In this document: positions 51,250-64,000 of the stretch, in pieces
Layout: every line of letters starts with the position of its first letter
Numbering within the stretch: the first letter of the stretch is position 1
Assembly: GCA_013265495.1 (NCBI GenBank)
Contig: MU058636.1
Span: 8,267,425-8,331,424 of the forward strand
Origin: Vicugna vicugna
Taxonomy: Eukaryota
DNA: 64,000 nt
Reading direction: 5' to 3'
Position numbers and translations under genes: made by a program
The notes under the pieces: generated by a model
Seen by the model: only the letters and a program-made list of their open reading frames with translations
What the model was told of the DNA's origin: nothing
Databases searched by the model: none

Positions 51250-51950
51250 TCTCTCCTCTGTAATCTCCTTTGCCGGCATCTCCTCTTCTACCACATGCTA
51301 AGTGCTGGAATTCCTCAAGGCTTGGCTCTGGGTGTCTTCCTACCCTCCTTCTGGGCTAGCCCATTCATTTCCATAGCTTTGACTGTCGTGTATATTCAGA
51401 CCTCTCCAAAATTTTGTAAATGCCACTATCACTTCTGATTTCAGATCCAGATTTCCTTATTCACTTGCTTATCAGACAGCTCCATGGAGGAGTTTCAAAC
51501 TTAACTTGTCTGAAACAGAGTTTCTGACTGTCTTTCTCTACCCTCTGGACCGCATCTCTAGGCACTCCTGCCTCTCATAGTGTTCTCATCACACTGAATT
51601 TGTGGCCAGTCTTTCCCTCTTAGGACATGTGGGACAGGTTGTCCTCTGCTTGACTCCGTCATCGTGGCTGCCTTCTCATCTTTTGGCTCTCAGCTTAAAT
51701 GTCCCATTCTCAAAGAGATCTCTCCTGAACTTGCTATTAAAAGAATATTCTTTGTATTATCATTTTTTACATCCCTGCATCCCATTTGTTTCCTCTGACA
51801 CACTGTTCTACCTTCTGAAATTGTTTCACTTGCTATTTATTAACCATTTCCATCACTGGAGTGTGATGATAAAGATATCTCCTCACTGTCTTTATCACCT
51901 AACCCTGTAACTAAGTTGTCTAAATTTTTTATTAAGTGAATAAACAAATA
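51250..51950 (+). mobile_element. L2 fragment
   Basis: tgctggaattcctcaaggctt, tcaaacttaacttgtctgaaacaga, ctcagcttaaatgtcccattctcaaagag. Confidence 0.75.
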
Positions 51951-52849
51951 AAAATCAATACCTGTAATACTGTGATATTAGCCCAATAGATACAGTGCAA
52001 GTGTTGGACTATAAATAGAACTTATAAGATTAGAGCATGGCCAGATCCCAAAATACATTTTGGATAGATTAAAAATATTTTTAAGTGATATCATTAAGAT
52101 AAACTATATTAATAGAAGATGTTGAATGTAAAAAATGTTGTATAAAATCATGGATAAAAATGTATAAAAGGAACTAAAGGGGACCATCACATATAATCAC
52201 ATAAATAATTTAAATCTTAGAACAAGTCAAAAGAGGGAAAAGAACAAACTGAAACATGTTTACAAACCAATATGATAAAAAGAGTTGATTATTATCTATT
52301 TTTTGAATTTTATAACACACACATATATATGTATCCTCTAGGGACCTTTCCAAGTGCTGCCAGGGAGCAGAGGGAGCATGAAGTGTGCAGTAAAGGAGGA
52401 AAGCTGTGAATTGAATGGCCCTGTGGCCAGTTGGAGCACTGAAGACAGGGATTTATTTTCCTCCCCAGTCTGTCACATGCACAGTTATGTATGTAAACAG
52501 TTTCCTCCCTTTCGTCTGCTTTTGCTAGCGCTGTACGTAAGTGCAGGGGTGGTAGTGATATTAATAATTACAGGCTACGTACTTACAGGAGGATGAGAGT
52601 GAAGTCGGACTGAATCTGGGGAGAACTGATCTTCCAGAAATGAGTGCACTGTCTGATGACATTCTGGATCTCCCCCTTTGAGGAGAAGGTCTGTACCTTT
52701 TCCTTTACATGAGGGAGACTGCATTACGGTTAGCAAAAATATTGCTACTGCTATTTGGAGGTTTAAGTGTCGGAGTTAGTGACCCTGTTGATGTTGAGTC
52801 ACCACAAGGGTGGGTTGTGATGCATAAAGCAGCTGGTTCATGTATAACT

Positions 52850-52940
52850 GAAAAGTTGTGCTCTACACTGGAAATTGGTCACTGTAAACTGACTATAGCT
52901 CAATAAAATAAAATTTAAAAGAAAGAAAGAAGAAAGAAAA
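52850..52940 (+). mobile_element. Very short L1 3' end with poly(A)-derived tail
   Basis: tgtgctctacactggaaattg...tgtaaactgactatagctcaataaaa resembles the L1 end at 14940-15000. Confidence 0.7.
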
Positions 52941-53509
52941 TACCACATGTAAAACAAAACAAAATATCGGTAATAAACGATGTTGATAGTGCACACAAAT
53001 AAAAGAAAATACTCAGGCAAAAACCAAAAGAAAGCAGTTGGGTTGCTACACCCCCAGCCACACTCCCTTGGAACACGTCTTCCTTGAGAGATGAAAGACA
53101 AAAGACTGGAAACAGAAAAGCTATGTTTATCAGATTGCTCTTCAGCTATGGTTGTACTTATGACCTAGCTCTTGGCCACGTGGGCATTTCCATGGTGGCA
53201 GTCATGAATGAAGAGATGGGATATTCTGGCAAGAATGGTGACAAAAGCGTTTGGTTCTTTTGGGTTCAAACAGTGGCAACAGTTTCCTTATTTGGTTGCT
53301 TTCTAGTCTTAGGTCAGGGTAATGGCAGTGGCTGCTCCTTTACCTAGGAAATGTCACCGTGTGGTTCTGGGAATTATTAAAAAGTGATTCTCTGTACTTT
53401 TACTTCAGTTGTATCAAAGATAAAGGGAACTATCTAATCATATTGCTCAAATTAGCTAGAGTGGATTCTGTTGTTCCTAACAGTGCTGACTAGTATAGAT
53501 ATTCTTGCC

Positions 53510-54780
53510 ATGTTTATTGAGCAAATATTTATTGAGTCCCTGGTATATGCCAGGTAAGACAGCAATAGGCGATCAATGTAATAAGTAAATTAGGTAGTAT
53601 GTTAGAAAGTGTAAAATTATATGGAAAAAAAATTTAAAGTAAAGCAAAGAAAGGAAAAAGGGAAACACAGAGGGGGTAAAACTATGGAAAGCAGAATATA
53701 ATTTTAAATTAGATCATCAGAGTAACTTTCATTGCAAAGGAGGGAAAGAGAAAATACATGAAAGAAATAAGAGATTAAACATTGTAAGCAAAGGAAAGAG
53801 CAAGTGCAAAGGTCCTGAGGTGGGCATATGCCTAATGTTTTGGAGAGATAGCAAAGAGGCCAGTGTAAAGTGAGCCAGGCAATGAGATCAGAGAGGTAAT
53901 GGTACACCACTGTAGAGAATTTGACTATTGATCTAGTGAAACTGGAAGCCTTTGGAGAATTTTAAGAAGTGCCATCTTACGTATCATCTTACTTATACTT
54001 AAAAAGAAATCATCTGGTTGCTTTGCTGAAAATGGACCACAGTAGGAAAAGGACAGAAGCAGGAGATGAGTTATGAGCTATTGTAGGAGTCCGAGTGAGA
54101 TACGGGGGTGGTGTAAATCGAGGTGGGATCTGTGGTGGTGTGAGAGGCGGTGGACCTGGATGCATTTGGAAGTTACAGCCAACAGTATTTTCAGAGAAAT
54201 TGAATATAAGCTGTGAGAGAAAGAGCAGACACAGGAATGCCTCCAAGATTTTCAGGCCTGAGGAAATTTAAGTATAGAATTGACCTCAGTTGAAAGAGTA
54301 GAGTGGTTTATGTTTAATGACGTTTCTTTTAAGGAGGCAGTCATTGGGACACAGGTAGCTTTTAAAGTCTTAAGCCTGGATGAGATCACCAGAGGGGGGA
54401 GTGAAGATGGGAAGGGGTCCAAGAACTAAGCCTTAGGAGACTCAGCCACTAGCAGTGGGAGAGGAGGAGCTAACCAAGGAGACAGAAGGAGCAAGGGGTG
54501 AGGTAGGTGAGGGGTCACTGAGAGGCTCATGAAGAAAGTGTCCTTAAGAAGAGGGGATGAGCACCTGAGTGGAGCACTATTGAAGATGAAGCTGGAGAAT
54601 CAGCTATTATATTGAATAACTGGGAAATCATCGGCAACCTTGAAAATATCAGTCATAGGAGGTGGGGTGGAATGGGTTTAAGAGAAAATTGGTGTTGAGG
54701 AATTGGACATACTGAATATAGACAAATTCTCAAGAACTTTTGATGCTAAAAAAAAAAAAGGAAATGGGGCATAAGCCACA
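53510..54780 (-). mobile_element. L2 3' region
   Basis: caaatatttattgagtccctggtatatgccagg tail, gagcaagtgcaaaggtcctgagg, gcctggatgagatcacc. Confidence 0.85.
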
Positions 54781-57769
54781 GACAAAGGGAATCAGTTAGA
54801 AAAAGACCAGTGATGAGGGTTGGAAACAAGATCATGCAGTAAGTTTTATGCGTTAGTGATTGAGCAGGGCTTGCTACAGAGTGCTTGTATTAGGTGTTGA
54901 GTAAAGCTGGGATGGGTACAGGAAAGATGATCTGGAGATGCTAAACGGCTGTGTGAGACCCAAGATCACAAGCAGACAGTGGTCAACTTAGTGCCTCAAC
55001 AGACAGAGACTTCAGGGACCATTTTGGAACCGGGTTAGTATGAAAATTGAGAAAAAAATTATCTGACAAATATAAAGCTATTTAAAATAAAGAAAAACAC
55101 GGTGGAACTCAAATTTAACTGAAAGCTAACGTGTTACAAAACTCTCAGTGTCCAAAAAATGGGACACTCAGAAATTTGTCAAGTATATTTATGTTTTTAA
55201 TCTGGCCCTGAGATTAGAGAGAAATTTTTCACGTGGATGTTTTCATAAAGGACAGAATGAGCGATTTACTTCATAAGATTTTACAACAATTGGAGACCAG
55301 TTATATATGAGGTCAAGCGTAGTGTGTTCCAGTCTTGTGGTTTTATGGGTCTCTGGCTTAATGCAGGAATCAAGCTTGGAGACTTGAGAGGAATACATAG
55401 CTGCTACAGTGATCAGATATTTGGGTCAGACATTTACCAGAAGCAGAATGAGGTAATTTTAGATGGAAGTCACTGGTAAGAATCTAGAGCAGGTAACCTA
55501 GAGATCCATGTTGGTCATTTGATGGTAGAGACGATAGTTTGATGTGGAAATTCCAGACCTGTTGTCTCATCTTCACACAGAGCTCTCCCATCTCTTCATG
55601 AAGGTGGGCCGGAGGAATGCCTGCAACCTCATGATGCTGCCCCTAGTAGTAGTGATAAACCCTGACGAATGGTTAAAAATGGGGCACAGAGTTTTACATC
55701 CAAACAATCTCAGATGCCTACATCTCCCATAGCAGAAACTTAATATGACGCTTGTAACACATTTATTTCTAGCTATGATGGTGTGCCATTGAGCAGAATT
55801 GCAAAGGAGTCCCCTAGATAATTAACGTGTCAATATTTGAACGACAGATGTTTTTCTATGTGGCTGCCATATTGGATCTGCTAAAAACCATCACCACTAC
55901 CAACATATTTATGGCATAATTTGTGACTCTTTTTCTAGACAAGAATTAATATTAGCCTCTAACATTATTTGACCACTTCCTAAGTGCTGTGTATAATGTA
56001 AAAAACTTTAAAGAGACTAGGTAATTAGTTCTCTATAACCACCAGAAATTTTGTTATTTCCCCATTTTACTGATGAGGTTAATACAAATCGTGGAAGAGG
56101 ATGCAGATCTCCATAGTCTATGATTTCTGCCCTGGGGGTGCCTGGGAAAACTTTGACCGTGAAAGAAGCATACAATATAGAAGTTAAATAAAATTTCAAG
56201 AAAAAAATGCAATTGATGTTTTAAGATGACATATATTCCTCATTTTTCTTTCAAAATAAAATATGAATAAACATAAGAATAACCACAGCTCATTTAGCTC
56301 AGCCAGACTTAGGTCATCTTCCCCTCCTTTGCTTCCTAAATGCATGGAACGCTTTTATGACACAGATTTAATTTGATTGAATCAGTCCTAAAAGGTTTAA
56401 TCCTGCCTCTCTCAAACAAAAGTCACTGTTCTTCAACTGGATGAATTATTTATGGGCAAAGACCAGAATACTAGTTAATATCAAAAGTGGAGACATATAC
56501 ATAGAAAATATGTGATTAGTGACTTGAAGCTTATGAAAACTTTCTCTGTTATGAGTGGTCATGCTGAGGAAAGGTTTTCATCAAATTTACTGTCTGCAGG
56601 AAATACGAGAAAACAAAAAGCCGTAAAAGCATAGGAACATGTTCTTGTCCGTGTTTAAGCCTCAGCAATCTCTCCTCTGATAAGTTATCATGGTCCTAAG
56701 ATGCTTCTGTTGTTCATGACTGAGATTAAAGTATTAACTTCAGAAGTCATTAAGTAATAAAAATGCATGGTAAAAGTTCAAGAGTTATCCCTTTAAAAAA
56801 GAAAAAATTGTGTATCTGCTAAAAAGAAAAAATGAAATGAGAAGAAAACAAGGAAGAAACTCACTTAACCCTAAAATAGTAAAGAAATCATAGAATTAGC
56901 TTTATTATATAGAATGAATTGGAGAAAATGAAATGAGAGGTGATAAGCAAGAAAATTCATTTAATCAGTTGTAACTTCAGTAGTAATTATGTTTTTAAAT
57001 TAGAGCAGGAATTTAGATACAGACACTTCTACTAGTGGACAAAATACATCCTGTTCTTTGGAATTATTTCACATAAGTTGTTTACAAATAACAGACAAAT
57101 AAAGATTCAGCCAGATTATAGACAGTTTACTGTTAATTGCATAGAGATAAACTCAAGAACTGTTTTCTGTGATTTGTGCCAGGTGTTGCTCTGACCGCTG
57201 TTTCTGTAATACTCACAGATCAGTTTGACTAGTGTTGGCTTCATCCTGATACTTTGACATTAAAAGGAGAAATTTTAAGAATTATTTTAGGATTAAAATG
57301 ATAATGACATTAAGTTATAAATTTTCATCATATTACCTAGACTCAGATCACTAAAGAAATATAGAGAAAAAAGAATGCCGAAGTAAACATATCTCTGCTT
57401 AAGTTTTTCCATGGAAGCAAAAACACCCTTGAGTCAAGGATTTAATATACAGCTAAATTTTCATGTACGTGTAAATTCAACAGAAAGACATCCTCAGGTG
57501 TAGATGGCAAAAACCAACTTATTACCCATATATACTAAAAAAAGGTGTAAATTCAACATGTCAAGAATTGGGGGCTTGCAAAATTAAAGGCCTTAGACGT
57601 GAACATTGAAACCAGTTCAATATAGAGTTATCCTTAATTAGTAGCTAAAGTACATTTACAAGTTTGAATACAAACAGCAAATCTTGGATGGCTGAATAAC
57701 ATTTAAAATAAAAATCTTCAGTTGAAAATTCCAGATAATGTTAATAAGTATTGCACAGTAAGATGAATT

Positions 57770-58085
57770 TATTATTTCAGGGTTCAATCAAAGAAGCAGA
57801 GCCAATAAGAGACAGTCTATGTCTATATCTAAATCTATCTACTTATCATCTATCTACCTATCAATAATCTACCTACCTAGCTTGCTATCTAGCTAGCTAT
57901 CTATCTATCATCCACGAACTACCTGTCTATATTAAGGGTCTTAACATTATGCAATTTGGGTACCTGCTTTCACAGTCCCTGCAACACTGTTTTCTTTTGT
58001 CTGATGCTGGAGATTGATGTCCATAGAACAGGGCACTCAGGAAACAAAGACTGATGTAAAATGAGAGAGAGTGAGAATAAGCAGG
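57770..58085 (-). mobile_element. MLT2-type ERVL LTR fragment containing a degenerate (TCTA)n tract
   Basis: tcagggttcaatcaaagaagcagagccaataagaga followed by TCTA/CCTA repeats at 57815-57930. Confidence 0.7.
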
Positions 58086-58089
58086 AACA

Positions 58090-59035
58090 GAATTTCCAAG
58101 GAAATTCAGTGGGGAAAGATGTAAAATTTATAGCCAGCTCTGTGAAGATTGGATATCTATTTAAAAAAAAAAAAAAAAAGAACCTTACCTCACTCCATAA
58201 ACAACAATAACTCAGAATGGACCACAGAGCAAGCTAAATATAAAAGCTAAACTTTCTGGATGAACACATAGAAAATCTTTATGATCTCAGATTAGGCACA
58301 AAGTTTTTATAAATAATAACGAAAACACTGACCCCAAATGAAAAAATGATGAATTGTGTATCATAAAATTAAAAACTTTCATGTTTCCCAAAATAGTCCA
58401 GCTACAGACTCGAGAAAATATTTACAAATCATGTATCTGATAAAGGAATTGCATCTGAACTATATAAAGAACTCCTAGGGCTCGATCATAATAAGAAAAA
58501 CAACCCAATTTAAAAAGTGAGCAAAAGACTTGAACAGACATTTGTCATCTGTTCATGCAAAGACTTGAACAGAAATGTTCATAGTGGCATTATTCAAAAT
58601 AGACAAAAATTAGAATCATTTCAAATGTCCATCCACACATGAATGTATAAACAAAAAACAGTATATTCATACAAGAAAAAAGAACAAAATACTGATATAT
58701 ACCACAACACTGATGAATCTCAAAACTGCTACGCTAGGCGAAATACGTCAGATACAAATGACTACATTTGACGATGCCGTTTATAAGAAATCTCCAGAAA
58801 AGGCACATTTACAGAGATAGAAAACGGATAAGTAAGTGATGGCCTTGGGCTGATGGTGCATAGACAACAATTGGCTGCAAATAGACTCAAGGGAATTCTG
58901 AGGAGGGTGATAATAGAATATTCTAAAACTGGATTATGCTGATGGGCACACAATTCTATAAATTTATTAAAAATCAATGACTTGTACACTTATGATAGGT
59001 AATTTTATGGAATGTAACTTATACTTTAAAAAAGG
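58090..59035 (+). mobile_element. Old L1 3' region (L1MB/MC-like) with internal deletions
   Basis: gagaaaatatttacaaatcatgtatctgataaagga, aacaacccaatttaaaaagtgagcaaaagacttgaacagaca, aatgtccatccacacatgaatg. Confidence 0.88.
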
Positions 59036-60789
59036 TGAGTTTTATTTCTTCTTTACAGTTACTTGTATTTTATACATTTTTTTAAACTTTTAAAAAATTG
59101 GGATATATTGACATATATTGGTAAATTATCACTGTGATAACCATAATTAACATCCATCACTACACATAACTACAATTTTTTTCCTTATACATTTTTTATA
59201 CTAAGCAAATATTATCAGGAAGAAAATCATAAAATACCCATTCTTTAACTCCAACGAAATAATTAGGTTTGGAGTGTTTATTAAATGTGTACATTTTATT
59301 TTGCTGAAAGGCCAGTATTACTTTCCTTACAATACAAAAATAATGGCAAGTGGCAAATACAATTAATGTAGAGCTGTACAACTGAATACCTGTAGTTTTA
59401 GGAAGTCCTGACATATCCGCTGTTTGGGTCTGGCCCTTCTGAAGGAGTAAAACACATTGGATGGGACATAACAGCATTGCTGTGGGTGCACAGCCAGTGG
59501 AGAGTGCAGCTCAGACAAGACCTTCCACGTAGTTCTGCTCTTGGCTCTCTTTACAAACATACGTTTTGTAACAGTTTTTTCCACTTCAACGGAACATACA
59601 AATCACATCTTAAAAGAAAGAAAAGAAACGTCAAATTCTTGGAAAAGCAATTATGTTAGAGGAAGAGAACTGAATTCTCAGCAGATTTCAGAGCATCTTT
59701 TAAGTTGCGCTTTTACAATCAGTTTTTAAGGATATTTTCAGGAAGACGGAAGGGAAGGCTTGCTCTCGAGCCTGGGAGGTGGTCCAAGTCTGGGTGCTCT
59801 GAAGTGTGGGGCTGGGCTAACCCAGGAGTCAAGCAGGAAGATCTCGGCCACTCCTGGGGCAGCCTGTTCTCTGATACATCCCTGCCCCTTAAGAACAGAA
59901 AGGAGTAACATGTCTTGCCATAATTCTTGGAATCTCTTCTGTCTAATACCCAGGTATTACTGTTTCTCAGGCCTCTGCGCCGACACGGTGTAATACAATT
60001 AGGAGCATGGTATTGAAACTTCTGCTGCCTAAGGCATTATCAAGGAGTTAACACCTTTGATTTTATTTTCCTTCTGAACAAACATGAGAAGAAACACAAT
60101 GTCCCTTTGTGCAGCTACAATGACCTCACTCTCAACTTGTCTGCATAACCATGCAGATGCGACTCTTACAATGCACATATTTTAAAAACCATAATGAGAT
60201 CTGGTCCTGCTTCCCATGAAGCAAGTCACCGGAGATGCGCAATGAGGGATGCGTGGGAGAAAATGCTTCTCCCAGTTCCTAAGAACTGAATTCTGTGAAC
60301 TAAATTAGGACAGCAGATGTAGCACCAAGTAGTAAATCTGTGTGAGCTCCTGAAAATCTCCTGATTAATATCCCCCTTGGGCCTCCGCCGTCACTCCAGC
60401 AGTTCTGTGCCTCCTGCAGCATCTCGTAAGGGGCCAGCGCATTTTAGGCTTGTATCAGTGCCCTTGCACAGACTCCACCCGCATAATGCGTCCTTAACTC
60501 ATAGATGTGGCTCTGACAAGTATCAAAACGTCACACTCTGTTTTAGGTACATCTAATTCAGCATATTTTGTAGTAGTTTTCCTGTGACTTTACTCCACGA
60601 AGTTTAGAGAGAGTATTGAGTGTCCCCTCTGTGGATAGACTAGGTAACTGTTAAGATCCCTCCCAGCCCTGAGATTTCGTAATTCTGTGGCTTGATACTT
60701 AACCCATAAATACCTCAAAATATATTTCAGTTCTTTCCCTCTCTCTTCTTTAGCTTTCCCCAACTCATCAGTAAATATTTAAGAGGTAT

Positions 60790-61275
60790 ATGTTAACGAT
60801 AATCTGGCTGTAAGTAACAGAGAACTGAAACAACAATGCTTTAAGTAGATAGAAATATATCTTTTTTTCCTCCTGTAGAAGTTATAATTTAGAGTTCAGG
60901 ACTGGCAAAGTGACTCAGTAGCTCTCTGGGACTCAGACTACTTTGAGATTCTCACAACTTCATTCCAAGGGAATAATTTTCATTCTTCTGGTCTCAGTGG
61001 TACCTCCAGCCACCACATTCACGTCTAAAGCTGGGTGGAGGAAAGGGAGAAGACGTAGCCTGCACTTGCCTTTAAGTTCTGTCTTGGAGCTTACATCATT
61101 TCTGTAACATCCCATTGGTCAGAACGTGCCACAGGGTCACAGCGAGCTGCAAAGAAGGCTGGAAATATTATCAGCACCCCCGCAACTCCCACACCCCTTC
61201 TCCCAACCCTTCTGCTCCCCGAAGAGCCAAGTCCTTAGCTTAAACTGAGGATTTCTATTATTGTTGGAAGAAAGT
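60790..61275 (-). mobile_element. MaLR LTR (MLT1J/K-like)
   Basis: ggctgtaagtaacagaga...catcccattggtcagaac...agctgcaaagaaggctggaaa. Confidence 0.7.
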
Positions 61276-61316
61276 TAGAATGCTTATTAAAATATACATA
61301 GCACAGCCAGACACTA

Positions 61317-61317
<1 letters not shown>

Positions 61318-61348
<31 letters not shown>
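61318..61348. repeat. (CA)n microsatellite
   Basis: Direct reading. Confidence 0.95.
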
Positions 61349-61351
<3 letters not shown>

Positions 61352-61499
61352 GCAAATGAGTTTTTCAGAAAAATCTCATTATTTTGCACTCTTTAGCCTA
61401 GGTTAAAGATATTTTCCAGACACCAATTAAAATTTGATTCACTAGCAATCAATTGCATGCCTATTCTGAATTGCAGGTTAACCTAGTGTATGATGTCCG

Positions 61500-62210
61500 C
61501 TCCTGCGTTAGAATGGCTACAGTGTTGTCAGTTACCACTGTGTGAGCAAGTTAATCTCTGGGATTCTCCATTCCCTCATTTGAAAATGGGTATAATATAC
61601 GCCTTGTAGAAGTACTGTCATATTTAAATGATAAAATTTATATAAGTGGCTTAAAACAGTATCAAATACATAGCAAACACTTAATGTTAATTTAAAAATT
61701 AAAAAAGTCTTAAATACTGTGACGATGAAAGATACGTGAGTCACAGTCTCTTCACTAAATGACTGACTTTAAGTGGCAAGTCAAAAATATACCGTAGAGA
61801 AGAAAAGAATGGAAGTCAGAAGCAGTTAAAAAACTTTTGTCATTCTTATCTGATTGAGCTTGTACAAGTTCTATAATTTCTGAATTTTTTCATTTGAAAA
61901 AATGGCAGCAATAATAATGCATGTCAGAGTTTCTTGAGTATCAGATCACAATGTGTATGATATACTTTGAAAACTCATAAACACTGTTTTCAGCTCAGTA
62001 ATGATATAATTCCTGGTATTAACTAGTATTAATTCACACCAAATTAGCGCTAAGATCTACATACATATTATCTCATTTAACCTGTATAAGAATCCTATAC
62101 CATGCGTTATTTGTTCCATTTTGGAGTGAGAAAAACGAGTCTTAAACTCCCAAGATCACACAACAGTTTGTTGGAGGAGCCAAGAGTTCAAACCCAAATT
62201 CTAAAGCCAA
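61500..62210. mobile_element. Cluster of three MIR fragments (two +, one -)
   Basis: MIR cores at ~61540-61690 (+), ~61860-61990 (+) and ~62040-62200 (-). Confidence 0.7.
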
Positions 62211-62301
62211 TATTGTAAAATACATTCAGTGATGCTCTAACAATGGAGTGTTTCAGTACGTAGGGAAATGTGTTGGGAACAGTGGATGGTTTAATTTAGC
62301 C

Positions 62302-62433
62302 AGATTACAATAAATATAGTGAATTATGTAAGACTGGAGGGTAGGAGATTACAATAAATATAGTGGATTATATAAGACTGGAGGGTAGGAGATTACAATT
62401 AATATAGTGGATTATATAAGACTGGAGGGTAGG
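62302..62433. repeat. Tandem repeat, 3 x 44 bp
   Basis: Unit agattacaataaatatagtggattatataagactggagggtagg at 62302, 62346 and 62390, with 1-3 differences between copies. Confidence 0.95.
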
Positions 62434-62908
62434 CTGGAGACACTATTTAGAGAGCTTTGAATGTGACAGGGAAGATCCAATACTTAACTGAGAAAGAAAT
62501 GAGGACCTATGGAGGACTTTTATGAATATATGAGCTGTGGTACAGGAAGAGTGGAATAGATGAATTAAAGGAGGAAGAAAGATTTTTTTAAAAAGGGAGA
62601 TGACTAAGAGGCTATTTTAACGTTCTCCTGTGGATGAGATCTAGGGCCCTGGTCATGAGAATACATGGTGAGTCTGTGTCTAGGAATGTTAAAGTCCTCA
62701 CACGGCATTTATTAAGTCATGTGTTCAAGAGGAAGTTCTTAATGTGCCACTGTAAGGCGACCCTCCCATATGAGCAGGAGGGCACCACACATACCATAAT
62801 CCGAATTCTGGGTTTGCTTTTCTGCCTGAGCCACACCTTTGCCATATTCTCCCTGCTTGTGACTTAGCTCTTGGCAGCTTTAGATTCCCTGGCTTTTGAC
62901 CTCTGTGT

Positions 62909-63399
62909 TGTAAAATGTAGGCATTACTATTATTCAGACAGGGTGAGGCCAACTGACAAGGGAAGGATTGCCACTGAAAAAAGCGTTTGTTACTCACAGC
63001 TACAAAGAGGAGGAGGGCACATCACACCATACAGGGCCACATGAGGAAGCAGCAGGGGTGCTTAGGAGGCAGAGAGAGTGAGGGGAAAATGTGGGCAGGA
63101 GACTTTGCTGTGATTTCCACAGGAAGTCATCAGCGAGACAGGACGAGCACGTTGAAGTTTGGCTAGTGTGAATAATTTCAGTGGGCTCTAGGGTGTAGGG
63201 CTGTGTCTAGTTGTCTGGTACCTGGCCCTGGGGTAATCAGAGCAGGGGCCTCGCTGCCCAGAGTTGGGGAGCCCGACATTCAGGCCTTTTACTATTTCTA
63301 GGAATTGGCTAGTCCTGGGAGGGGCAGTCTCTCCAGGATCTGCAGGACCCCAAGCTGTTAAAGCATCAAGTACAGAAACTAGACAGAGTGGTTATTACA
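62909..63399 (-). mobile_element. ERVL solo LTR (MER54-like)
   Basis: TG...CA termini; ggctagtgtgaataatttcagtgggctctagg...tctggtacctggccctggggt motifs. Confidence 0.65.
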
Positions 63400-64000
63400 C
63401 TTTTCCTCCTAGCTCATAATAGATCTGTTTAATCTTGACTCAGCAAAGTCAGACTTACTAACTGCTATTTTTTGAGCTTTCTGGCTTAGTCAGAGGCCCT
63501 TATTAATGGGCAGGAGGGGTGGGGAAAGAAGTTCCAGTGAGCCGGATCCCAGATCAACGTAGTGACCAAAATATTTATGTCTACAGTGGTACAGGCAGTG
63601 AGAAATGGAATTCAGATGTACTCAACTTGGTGTCACAGTCTGTATGATCTGTGGCACTGGTTAGTAGTTAACATACAGAATCAGTGTCCGTCCTTTATAC
63701 GGTAAAGTAACGCTAAGTTAGAAATTGGGGGAATTCGGTCTGTTCTCTTTGTTGACACTATGTGACTCTAAGTCACTGGCTTTCAGTTCTCTCCTTTATA
63801 AAGAAGGGCTTGGATTAGGTGACTGGTGAGGTTCTTCTAGCTTCCGCATTCCACAATAGTAACGCTAACACGTAAAAAATCATGAAATACATAAGGTACA
63901 GTACTTACAGGGGTTTCTTTTCATTTTTGACTTGATATACTGACTAGACAGATGTTTTTAGCTTTCAGCTCAAAATATTCTATTACATCCCTCATCCTTC

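Noticed and set aside
55300..55540. Possible L3/CR1 remnant
   Set aside because: The resemblance is too faint to support without a profile search.
62302..62433. CRISPR-like array
   Set aside because: Units are head-to-tail with no spacers, in a mammalian context.

Overview
AT-rich, repeat-dense mammalian genomic DNA, probably camelid: it carries two tRNA-Ala-derived vic-1-type SINEs. No intact protein-coding gene is supported; the supplied ORFs are repeat fragments, antisense shadows or chance frames. The main signal is at 1-16.7 kb: a plus-strand chain of about 13 decayed exons with AG/GT boundaries and mostly matching intron phases, carrying many premature stops, frameshifts, a dead splice donor and an L1 insertion. 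The conceptual translation matches, motif by motif and in order, my recollection of DNAAF9/C20orf194 (Shulin homologue). It does so twice: the middle and C-terminal half, then the middle part again. This suggests an unprocessed pseudogene of a divergent, internally duplicated DNAAF9-like paralogue whose 5' end lies left of the window. The homology is by eye from memory and needs an HMM search. The rest (17-64 kb) is non-coding: L1, L2, MIR, L3, MaLR/ERVL/ERV1 LTRs, DNA-transposon relics, microsatellites, a few candidate regulatory patches and one orphan minus-strand exon candidate. Repeat subfamily names are by-eye assignments.
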